Below, piece after piece: positions 24,901 through 35,739 of a stretch of 64,000 nucleotides of DNA; within the stretch, counting starts at the first letter, position 1; each line of letters opens with the position of its first letter. The notes under the pieces were generated by a model. The model saw only the letters and a program-made list of their open reading frames with translations. It did not search any database and was not told where the DNA came from. The DNA is from Azolla caroliniana. Its lineage: Eukaryota; Plantae; Polypodiophyta. A program made the translations under genes and the position numbers. Where the stretch lies: assembly GCA_043228905.1 (NCBI GenBank), contig JBHGNT010000083.1, forward strand, positions 36,133 to 100,132. The letters run 5' to 3'.

Positions 24901-25752
24901 CGAAAACATGTCCAACATAATAAAAAACTCCAAAAACTTGTAATCCCTATTTTATAAACAGAATTTCATTCATAATCCAATGTTTTGACCTATAAAAAAA
25001 ACCACCCCTAGAATTAGTATTGTAAAATCCATTCATGATCTCAGGTTCTTTGGGATAATTATGTGTTAATCTCGGGCATAACTCATTGTTCGAATCGCTA
25101 CTACATTTGACTCTGACCTACCTTCGACTCCACAGAGCCTTCGAGCTCGACAATCTTTTGACTCAAATGATCATTGGACACTATTGAGTCTTCAAATCAT
25201 CCATCCTCTCTGGTTCGAGTCCTCGATGGTCCTGCTCAAGTAGCACACATACACTCGTAACTTTGCAATAGCGTGTGGCTCAATCATACAATGTGTGTGA
25301 TCTCACAATTAGTGGGTGTGCGTGTGTGGCTCAATTGTCCAATGTGTTTGTGACTAAATTAGTGTTGGGTGCACATGTATGCACCCACTTGTACACTCTC
25401 TTGCAACTCCCTTGACATAAACATCAATAGCATCCTTGCCATATCGTTAATATAAAGGATATTCTATATCTTACTTAAATACAAGATGATTCTGAGTGAC
25501 TAGACTATAGTTATAAGCTAGTGATGAGGTAATGGTATATGATGCAACCTTCTCCCCGCTTGTAAGGTGTTGGTTCATTATGTAGAGAATCAGATGGATT
25601 CTGTGCAGCGAAAGAACTGTGTGTGTGGAGAGAGAGAGAGAGAGAGCGAGAGAGAGCGAGCTCAAAATTACAGAAAAAACATAAAATTGTATTACAAGGA
25701 AGCAAGAATGGCCAACAATTACAAAGAGAAGGAGAAGGTGCTTATGTAGTCA

Positions 25753-28090
25753 ACCCGAATCCGAGCGGTTGTATCATGTACACCTCCTCTTCTAGCTCAC
25801 CTTGGAGGAAGGCGTTCTTTACGTCCATTTGGTGGAGGTGCCACCCTTTTGCTGCTGCAAGCGCGATCACGGTTCGAATTGCAGACATCTTTGCCACTGG
25901 GGCAAAGGTCTCTTCGTAGTCAATACCGTGCGTCTACGCGTAGCCCTTCATCACAAGTCGGGCCTTGTACCAATTGACAGTGTTGTCGACATTGTGCTTC
26001 ATTTTGAAGATCCACTGACATCCAATTGCCTTCTGGTGGTGTGAAAAAGGGACGAGATCCCACGTCCTGTTCTTGGAGAGTGCTTGCATTTCCTCATTCA
26101 CCGCTTCGACCCATCTAGGGTCCTTCGTGGCTTCAAAAAAGGTTTTCCCGTTCTTTAATTGTTGCCACCTTCATCATGAATGCATAATGATATTGCATGT
26201 AGTCGTTGTAGCCGATTCGGCTGACTACGTTCTTCTCTCAGGTGGATTGGCACATTTCTCTTGGTGTCCTCATGATGGGCACACCAAACTCACTATCTAG
26301 TGAGTGGGCCGACACATCGATATCACTATCGTCGGGGTGGTCGACTTCATATTAGGGCATCTTACCTTTGCCTTTATCCAATTTTGGACTTGGCCGCTAC
26401 GTGCTTTGGTTGCTTGGAGGCTCTTGTGGTCCACTCAACTTGGTTGAGTTTGGACTTTCCTCTGATGTGAGCCTCAGTCGATCATCCTCCTCCGCATCTG
26501 TGTCGAACTCGGTTTTGACTGTGTCGAATGGGGCTGATTTGACTATATACCAGGATGTCGACTCGTCAAATACGACTTCCCTACTCATTCATATCTTCTT
26601 GATGGAAGGGTTGAAGCACTTATAGCATTTTTGCTCGAGTGAGTACCCCACAAGTATACATTTCTCCGACTTGGGATCGAGCTTCTACCGCTTCTCATCG
26701 GGTATATGTACATATGCTATTGAACCGAATATCCTAATGTGGGATAGATCCGGTTTCTTCCCATAGAACTTTTCACAGGGGTAACATCGTGCACTCATGA
26801 TGTTGTGCAACGATTCATCAAATAGGCGGTCGTATTTGCCGCTTCAACCCAATATGATTTTGGCAGATGTTTCTAGTTCATCATTGCCCTTGCCACCTTG
26901 AGTATGTGGCGGTTCTTGTGTTCGTCTACTCCGTTCTACTGAGGTGTGCATCGGCAAGTAAACTCCCGCCAGATTCTTTTTTATCGAAGGTATGCAATAA
27001 AGGCGTCAAAGAAGTACTCTTTGTTGCCGTCTGATCGAAGGCATCGTACATGACGATTGGTCACCTTTTCGACTTCGTTCTTGAATTTCTAGAAGTGCGA
27101 GAACACTTCACTCTTCTGGCACATTAAATAAATCCAAGTCTGTCTTGAGAAGTCGTCGATGAACATTACGTAGCACCGACAACCACCGAATGTTGTTGTC
27201 TGGGTTGGTCCTCATACATCTGAATGTATTACATCTAGGATCCCTTTGCTTACGTTCCTCTCATCTGGGAACGATTGTCGATGTTGTTTGCTGAATTGAC
27301 AAGCTTCGCACACACTTGCAATTTCCTTTTCAGCAAAAGTTGAGAGTCTGATGACGACTCCTTTCGACGGCATTCCCTTGAGCTTTTGGAGGTTGATGTG
27401 ACCTATTCTTGTGCCACAACTCTATGGCGAAGTTGGCTCTCTGGCCCTTGGCATACATTGTTGAGTTCATCTTGTGAGAGTCGAGGATCCTCCATCATTG
27501 AAATGGACTTGCATGCCTTGTTCGACTATCTGGCCAACTAAGACCAAGTTCTTTGTTATTGTAGGAACATGCAAAACGTTCTTGATGTAGGTTTGGTTGC
27601 CTTCTTCCCCAAATGGTACATTGCCGACATGCCGAATGGGGTGAATTGTGTCATCCCCAGTTTCCACATAGTTGGGTCGTTCGGGCTTTCGTAGCTCGTT
27701 GAACCAATCCTCGTGGGATGTCATGTGGTTGGATCCACCTGAGTCCACAAACCATACATCTTCTGGTTTGTAAGTGTTGGTCGGGTTGGAGGCTATCATC
27801 GAGTCCTCTCTATGCCTCATCACAAACATTCCGCCACGTTTGTCGTAGTCGGAGTTTGAGGCGTAGTTTGTGAGTTGTTGGCTTGTGGAGGCCAACTCAT
27901 TCTTCTTTTTTTGACACTCTGCCTCATAGTAGCCGAATTTACCACAATATCCGTAGTGCGTGGGATTGTTTTGTTGGCTGGGTCCATCCTGATTGCTCCC
28001 CCATCTTCCGGACGCTCCACCTCGCGCATTCGAAACGTTGTCGTGCCTTTCGGCTCCGAATCGTTGCGTGAGTCGGGTGGGAACCGCTGA
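25753..28090 (-). pseudogene. Degenerate Copia pol: Zn-knuckle, protease (WFVDSGGSNHMT), integrase, start of RT
   Basis: Protease motif and NVLHVPTITKNL in ORF 27467-27895; SREVVFDE integrase end at ~26588; RT fragment ([10 protein letters not shown]...[17 protein letters not shown]) at ~25770-25920; multiple stops and frameshifts. Confidence 0.9.
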
Positions 28091-28675
28091 GGTTTTGGAC
28101 TAGGAGAAAGAAGAATGTGAGATAAGGCTCCTTATGAATCGATTGCAAGAAAGAGAAATATTTGAAAGAAGATATGAACTTCATGAATCCCACGAATATA
28201 GTGTATTAATTGATACTTAGAATGTAAGAGAGAAATAGATGGAAAAAAAATTGTGAATCCCACGAATATATTAGATTGATCAAAATCCTTGTAAAATAAT
28301 CAACAACCTCTATACATCTTTCTCTCTTCCTTATATAGTGTTGGAAGAGTCTAAGTTTATCACATGCAAGCATCATGCTTTTCCTATCTTTAGTTTTCAT
28401 GCACACTGCATGTGCATGATTAGCTTTCTATCTCATCTTTTCTTTTAACTCGAGTGTCTATGCATGAATAACTTTTTGTACCATGCATGTCTAGAAATTT
28501 TACATGGGATAAAGTTTAGTATAACTTTAAAATTCATAATATGCTAGTATAATGATAAGGCTTAACATTATTAATATAGAGGTGCAAGGTTTGAATCTCG
28601 CCCTATGCATGTAATATATATATATATATTTTTATACTTTCTTCTATTTACAAATATGTCTCTTCATCCAGTGAG

Positions 28676-28937
28676 AGACTCTCACCGGCCTTCTTCATCC
28701 GGCTCTTTCCAGTTCTACTTCATCCAGTGCTTGCTAGTTTTCTTTGTCCGGTTCTTACCGGGACCTCCTTACCGATCTCTTCGTCCGTTTCTCACCGATT
28801 CTCACCGGCCTTCTTCATCCGGCTCTTGCCGGGTCTCCTTACCGGTTTCGGTCCTTACTGGGTCCTTCTTCCGGCTCTTGCCGGGTCTCCTTACCGGTTT
28901 CGGTCCTTACCGGGTCCTTCTTCCGGTTCTCACCGGG
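28676..28937. repeat. GC-rich minisatellite (~52-bp units rich in CCGG)
   Basis: 'ccggctcttgccgggtctccttaccggtttcggtccttac.gggtccttctt' at 28819 and 28871, plus partial copies. Confidence 0.85.
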
Positions 28938-28969
28938 TACTCCATGTCCTATCCGGAGAGACCAAAAAT

Positions 28970-29245
28970 GTAAGAACTAGCTAATCCATGAGTATACCAT
29001 GAGGTGACAAAGGTTGTACCGGTAAACCAACCACCCAAAGAGAAATATGCAGTGGGAAAAAGTAAAAGGCCAAACCAACCTACAAAAACAAACCGATCTC
29101 TTCTTAGCCAGTCATCCATACTATCAAACAAATCTTTCGGTTCCTTGGAAGATTTCCCAATGGCGATAGTCATTATTATTCCCCCCACTCAACTCCTCGA
29201 ATAACTTATGGGTTCCCTTTTATTCTTGATAACGTAGTTATAATC
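28970..29245 (-). pseudogene. psbD: Plastid-derived insertion (NUPT): 5' leader and first ~68 codons of psbD (PSII D2)
   Basis: From ATG 29173: [68 protein letters not shown], then abrupt truncation. The upstream boundary is approximate. Confidence 0.95.
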
Positions 29246-29289
29246 ACACCGCCTTGCGGAGCGTAGCAGTGCGAATTACACTACGACAA

Positions 29290-30710
29290 CGTCTTGTCAT
29301 TAATAGAAGTTATGTTGCTCTTGGTTGTGTCGGACTTGGCCAAATCGGCCTCTTCTTCCCCGACCTTGTCCTCTTCCTCCTTCGAAGTTCGAAAAAAGCA
29401 TTTGTCCTTCTTGCACATTGCTTCTTGTTCGAACATGTTTCTCCTCGACCAACAACATCGACTAGAGATCGAAGGAGGCAAGATTCTCCCTCACGAGGAC
29501 TGCCGACCAAATGGCTCTGAACCGAGGTGCTAAGCCTCCGAGGCAAATCTGCACCATTTCATCGTCGTCAATCCTAACATTGATTGACTCGAGGGCATCG
29601 CAAAGCTCCTTGATCTTCAAGGTGTAGCTGTCGATTGACACAACATTCTGCTGTCGGTGTGCGTGCTTGTAGACGCACCCGCGTGGTTCTCCTCTACCAG
29701 GAGCATCGACTGTAAGTCGAAAAAGGACGGCGTATTCTCCCGGGTACACACAGCCATTCAGAACGCTCCGAACTTCGACGCCAAACCTCCGAGACAGATC
29801 TGGACCATCTCGCTCTCCTCGATGTTCACCTCTATGGAGGCGAGGGAGTCGCAGATATCCTTGATCTTCGAGGTATAGTCCGCCACTGACAAGTCGCGTT
29901 GTCGTAGGTTGCTCAACTCCTGTCAGAGCTGAAGCTTCTTGGCTGTAGTGCTCGCGGCGAAAATCTTCTTCAGATTTTCCCACGCACCCTTCGGCGTCTT
30001 TGCATCCCGAACATAGCTCAATAGTTGTTCGCCCACACACGACGCGAAGCAGTATAGTACCCTGCTCGCTGATTGCTCACACGACGGGAAGTCTCTGTGT
30101 GTCGATTCGGGTGCCGCGTCATTAGCTCCTTCGACATAACTCCAGTAGCCGTGCCCGAGCAGGTACTGGTGCATCTTGTAGGACCAAGACGCGTAGTTGG
30201 TTCTGTCGAGCTTCTCTGTTGGAAGCGAGCTCGCCATGCCTCTATCCATCGTTCTTCTTGTTCTTCTTCGTCAAGTTGTGTCGGCTGCAGAGAGGTTCTC
30301 AACCCTCGCGCTCATACCATGTAGAAAGTAGCGTGCGGAAGCAAGTATGAAGACAGAATAGAGGAAGGAAACTTAGGTTCAATGGAGAGCTTAGGCTTAC
30401 ATGGTATACGTGGGAGAGACAGAGAGAGAAACACAAAAAATACTATATTCAATAATAGTGCTCAGTCTCTGTGTACATAAGACGTGCTCAGTGAGCACTT
30501 TTATACAAGTCCTAGAAGGACTGACCGAAGTACTGACAGTACTTCAATGCTCATTAAGAGCTCCTACACTAACTCCCAAATATATTCCTCACGGAATATC
30601 TTTCCTAACGACCTCCCGGTTTACGCAGTCGGCCTAACCGATAGGTCCCAGCCGATCCGGTCCTCAGCTTCTTCAGCCGATCTGGCCGATGTTGAGCTTG
30701 TCTCTCAACA
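29290..30710 (-). mobile_element. Second, nested Copia element: 5' LTR (30710-30320), PBS and frameshifted gag
   Basis: LTR TGTTGA...TCTACA differs in sequence from the outer LTR; PBS TGGTATGAGCGC; gag MASSLPTEKLDRTNYASWSYKMHQYL...; internal duplication of the 'YTLKIKELCDAL.SINV.IDDDEMVQICLGGL' segment. Confidence 0.88.
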
Positions 30711-31140
30711 GTTCTTGTATTAGACAAGGAAGAGGCCCCGCCACTATCCAACTTCCAAGTGGTGTTTTCTTGGAAATACATGATGCTATCTATGCATATA
30801 CCTCACTAAGAAATCTTCTTGTATTTGCAGATGTGCAATGCAATGGATACCACCTCATGACATGGGAACAAGATGGGAAAGAGGCAATGTGAGTTGTCAA
30901 GCACTTGCCAAATACTACCCAAGTTATTAATGAGTTCGAAGTCTTACCAAACCAAACCAATTCTAGTGTTTCAACCTTAAAGCCTCGAAGATCCGCATGG
31001 CTTCATTTGCCAACTACTCCAATATTTCCTCGAAGGAACCGTATGAGTCACCAAAATGTTTGGAGTGTATACATGGTGATATCCATGGACTAGTACACCC
31101 TCCTTCTGGACCATTTTATTACATCATGGGAGTCAAAGAC
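30711..31140 (+). mobile_element. Opposite-strand fragment of a different Copia lineage (Bianca-like protease/integrase remnants)
   Basis: GPATIQLPSG...DAIYA..SLRNLLVFADVQCNGYHL and CLECIHGDIHGLVHPPSGPFYYIM resemble Bianca-clade RNLLSFKDIR.NGYH and LERIQGDICGPIHP..GPFRYFM (recalled, not searched). Confidence 0.6.
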
Positions 31141-31692
31141 CCTCTGTTGTATACCGTTCAACTCTTGATGGAGTTGAAGCTTTCTTGCGGCCGTGTTGGC
31201 CACGAAAATCTTCTTGAGGTTCCCCCACACCTCCTTCGGCGTTTTGGCCTCTTGGATGTAGTTGAGCATGTGATCATGGACGCATGATGCAAGGCAGTAC
31301 ACCACACGACTCGCCGCTTGCTCCCAAGCTAGGTGATCGACATGTGTTGGGTTGGGTTGATTTTTGTTTACTCCTTCAACATAACTCCAATAGCCTTGGC
31401 CGACAAGGTATTGGTGCATCTTGTACTCCCAAGATGTGAAATTATTTCTGTCAAGCTTCTCGGTAGGAAGAGCGCTTCCCATCTAAGTGCTCATTGTCGA
31501 GCTTCTTCTTCTCCTCCTCTTTGATACGAATTGTGAAGGTTGATGCTACAACGATCAACCAGTTCTTTCTGAACACGGGATTGAGCACAACACATGTAGA
31601 GGTGATGGGCTTGGATCAAGCTACCACGCGCTCTGATACCATGTAGAGAATCAGATGGATTTCGTGCAGTGGAAGAACTCTGTGTGTGTGTG

Positions 31693-31736
<44 letters not shown>

Positions 31737-32927
31737 TTACAGAAAATTGTATTACAAGGAAGCAAGGATGGCCAACAGTTACAAAGAGAAGGAGAAGGTG
31801 CCTATGTAGTCACCTTCTCTCTAAGTTCTCGTACTAGCACCGCCTCTTGGGAAAGAGGTTGTGTCTTAACTACTTAAAGAATATGTGTCATAGGACATTA
31901 ACTTCAATGACACACTAGTTATTATACAAGGAGGTGGGGTGTTCACACACTTGAGTATCCTAGAGTGTGTTCCCACTCACGAGAAGTTGAGTTTGATTCT
32001 CAACACATTGTATATTCATATTATAATACACATACTTGTCTCTAATATACTTGTGTTGATCTCTCTTAGATGCACCCACACACAACATATAAACATGCAT
32101 ATACATCTCTATTTAGTTTGCTTGTGAATTGTAATCTAGTTCTCTAACCATTTACACTTGCAACAATATATGATTGCTTATATTGATCCCCTTGAGCATG
32201 TATTCATTGGAGATCTATTATTTTAATTTCAATACATAAATCAAACAAAGAACACTAATATAAATCTATGCCAATAATGTAGAATAACCTTCCAAAAGAG
32301 TCTAATGTTTATCCTCATTGCTATAGAACAACATTATAGTGCTCTGAGTTCAAACATCCATATCATGCTTAAAAAGTCACTTGGAATTGTATACCAAATG
32401 GAACAAATTTGATAATATAAATAATTATTAATTACAAAAGGTATTGACCATTGTTCGTAGATTCATAACTGTTCAAATTCATAACAAATGAGAGGGTTAT
32501 GACTAAAAATGTGGCTAAGCTCAATTGAGCAAATAAATTGCAAAAATATAATATGGTCCAATAAGTTGGATATTTCTTCTAGAATGTGTATAAATCCTTG
32601 CATTTTGGCACAATATCATTCACTAATAATATGATACTCTAATGATATGTTGTAACTTTCCCCATATAACATTCTTAGATAGTCATCTAATTACTTCGAT
32701 AATCTATCTCTTTCCTCATAATGGCATCGATGTTAGGGAAATGTCAATTAGAAAATTTTCGTCTAATGTTGCATCATCATTAAAATGTGAATGCCAAATG
32801 AGACCCAATGCCACTTACCAAAATACGTCTCTACATCGACTAGTGTGCTTCTACACTCTGCTTGCATATATTTGAGCATCCTTCAATTATAAACAACTCC
32901 ATTTAAATCAATTCGAGCACCCCTCAT

Positions 32928-33428
32928 AGTTAGTCCCTTTCAACATCCTCGAAAGCAAGTGCGATCTATCCAGATTTGGAAAACAATGACCACAATAACA
33001 TTATGGGCATTATGGAAATATTGATGTAACCAACTTTATGATGCAGTAGACATTCATCTCTCAAATGTGTTGCTTGAGATATGGGAAAACTTGTTAGCAA
33101 TACTCCATGGCCAGTATGATAATATGTAGGGTTCCGCGAATATTGTGAGCAAGAGAAGGAAAAGCTTCTTCACTTATGGAAAAAGTTGTCGTTGTTTACA
33201 ATGTCAACTCAAGAGCCTCAACGGCAATATCAACTTCCATGGACTCTTTCTTAAATATCAACAAATGTAAACGTCTTTTGCAAAGTTCGATATTTGGTCC
33301 TATGATTATTTTACATCATTGTATATGAAAAGTTGTAACCTCCTGGGCAGCTAGGTTCAAGTTGTAGCCTTCGGGCGCTTTTTCTTAATACTATTGAAGA
33401 AAATCCTTTAAAAAAATAAAAAATAAAC
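32928..33428 (+). mobile_element. Short 3' LINE fragment, same family as 20501-21514
   Basis: Reverse-complement homolog of 20525-20980; A-rich tail; TSD aatt(t)cgagcacc(c/t)ctcat on both sides; empty site at ~18491. Confidence 0.9.
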
Positions 33429-33450
33429 AAATTTCGAGCACCTCTCATCA

Positions 33451-33615
33451 TATTTTCCACAAATAGTGCTTAATATGAATACCAACCTTCTTGATCCAAA
33501 ATTTGTTATTTTCCACAAATAGTGCTTAATATGAATACCAACCTTCTTCATCCAAAATTTGTTATTTTCCACAAATAGTGCTTAATATGAATACCAACCG
33601 TCTTGATCCAAAATT
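33451..33615. repeat. 56-bp tandem repeat x3
   Basis: 'tattttccacaaatagtgcttaatatgaataccaaccttcttgatccaaaatttgt' x3; a single copy in the paralogous region at ~18511. Confidence 0.92.
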
Positions 33616-33981
33616 GGTTGTGAGTAGGCATGCCTACACAAAGAAGAATAAAGAGGGAGATTACAAGTCACAAGCTCGCATTATATAAACGAGTAGTTGT
33701 CTCTAACAAAAATAAGGAATCTCATTTCCACTCCATTGATTCCTATGATCAACATGACCATCAATGACCCCTACAATTTATGTAAATTTAGAGTACTTTT
33801 GGACACAACCAATGGTGGTGGTTAAAAAGACTTAAACATATCGAATATATAGGAAAGACATGATGAGTATGAAAAGGTGAGCTAACAAACAAGACCACAT
33901 TAAAAAAAGGTGAAAGCCGAAGTTCAAGATAATCTAAATAACTAGATCCATTTATCTCCTTGAAAATTAAGGGCAAATGGA

Positions 33982-34775
33982 CCCAATGTAGACCCTAAAT
34001 GTACTGTATGTGGACAGTTAGAAAGCATTTCCCATTGTCAGACTGTGGGAATGTTGAGAGGCAATGGTTGTATGGAGATGGGCAATACGTTTGCTTTACC
34101 ATGCCTCTAGTTCGTTCACCCTCAATTGGGGACATGCTTGCTGGAATTGTTATGAGGATGATGTGGCAAAATACGATAGCACATGCAAAGCTATGTACAG
34201 AAGGGAGAATGGAATTGTTCGGTTGATCACTGACAATAGGGTACCTGCGGTTATTACGCAGATGCAAAATTTTGGAGATCTATGGATGTTGCTTGCATCC
34301 ATTACCATATGGTGCATATGGATGACAAGGTGTACCGGGGTATTTTTAGCAAGCAAACGCCCTCCAACTGAATCGATAAGCTAATATGGTACACACTAAT
34401 AACTACACGAAGAGCTCAATATGAATGGATTGATGGTACTAATGATGCTTTGGAAATAATGAGGCTGAATTTCAGAAAATGTTGGTGTAGTACACTGATG
34501 GCCACAACAAATGGAATGGATATACGATGGTAGTATGTAGTACCCAGATGGTTGTTCCCCCCTCCCATTAGTTGAAAGAGGGGTGTGAACGAGATGTCAT
34601 GGGGGATATTGAATGAAGGTGATGTGTATGAAAGTTTGGCCAGAGACCCATGCAAATGTGTAAGAAAAATAAGTGAGATCACTCATGAATGATAGGATAG
34701 TTTAGGCAATGCCTACCCAATAAAGGGATCTAAGTTCTGTATATTTTAACTAATGGAGTATATTCTTTTTTGGTA
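33982..34775 (+). mobile_element. 5'-truncated LINE fragment (another family)
   Basis: 19-bp TSD aaaattaagggcaaatgga at ~33963 and ~34776; empty site at ~19441; begins with a zf-RVT-like KCTVCGQLESISHC; its 3' end resembles 24140-24170. Confidence 0.78.
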
Positions 34776-34980
34776 AAATTAAGGGCAAATGGAAGGCATA
34801 CTAATAGTTGTTAATTATAAAAGGTCACAATTATTCCAATAGCTATAACCATTCATGTAAGGGGTTAACATTAATATGAAGGGACATGAAGCCAACTATA
34901 AATACACGTCAATGCAATCGATTCAACAAAAAATACAAATGACTCTTATTGTGTGAGGTCACAATCCTTGGAGAAGTCAT

Positions 34981-35739
34981 TGATACGCCTTCTAAGCTAT
35001 TGTAAGATTTTATAAGTTATGAATAGTTGAAGCTTCAATAAAGATATCATAATAACTTCACTTCAAATGATTATTATGTTCAACAAGAAGGAGAAGCCAA
35101 ACTCTCTTTGTTCACATTGCCTCTCTTAAGAGACATTATATTGTTTCAAATGCTCAAGCTGAAAGCTAATTGTAAAGCATGCATTCTAGGAGAAAGTAGT
35201 GTTAGAATGCATGGACTTCTGTAGGTTCATAGAGAAGGAAGTTACAAATATTTTGAAATGGTATCCCGATGTATTTATTCAAGTAAATGAACATGCACAT
35301 GCTCATAATTGGCTCATGCCTTTTCAATATGAATGGTTGCCATGTATGTATCTTTAGGGAATAATCTCGGAAATATGTTGACGTGACCACCAACAATATT
35401 ATAGTGGCATGATGGGATCGTTATGTTGAATGGGCATCTTCATTTCTTGTCAATCTGTTTGCTTTCCTTCTCCATCAACATTATTGGCCTCTTTTATTTA
35501 TCTCTCTTGGCACACACTATAAAATAGCTAAAGTAATCTAAAACCAACCCTCCTTCATCGAGCAGAGTTTTCAATATAAATATTTAAAAATAGCGCAAAG
35601 CATTGGAATGTAATCTAAGTCAACTGGGAAATAACTTTTGGTTTCTTACTATATTATTCCTCAACTTTGAAAAACGATTTCTACTTGGTATCACCTCTTA
35701 TCTTTCAAATGACTTCCAACGTTAGTTGAAGCGTCGACA
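34981..35739. mobile_element. Possible solo LTR
   Basis: Absent from the paralogous site (~19640); TG...CA ends with imperfect inverted repeats (tgatacgccttc / gaagcgtcgaca); internal TATAAAA. No clean TSD. Confidence 0.45.

Larger units (their letters stand above)
25581..32005 (-). mobile_element. Ty1/Copia LTR retrotransposon complex (outer element), rearranged and with nested insertions
   Basis: 5' LTR 32005-31642 (TGTTGA...TCTACA); PBS TGGTATCAGAGC 31641-31630; gag from 31482; truncated 3' LTR 25752-25581; 5-bp TSD catta/cattg (25576-80 / 32006-10); empty site ggttcattgtatatt at ~18031. Confidence 0.92.

Noticed and set aside
33451-33615. CRISPR-like array (also considered at 28676-28937)
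   Set aside because: Head-to-tail tandem repeats with no unique spacers, in a eukaryotic context with no cas genes.
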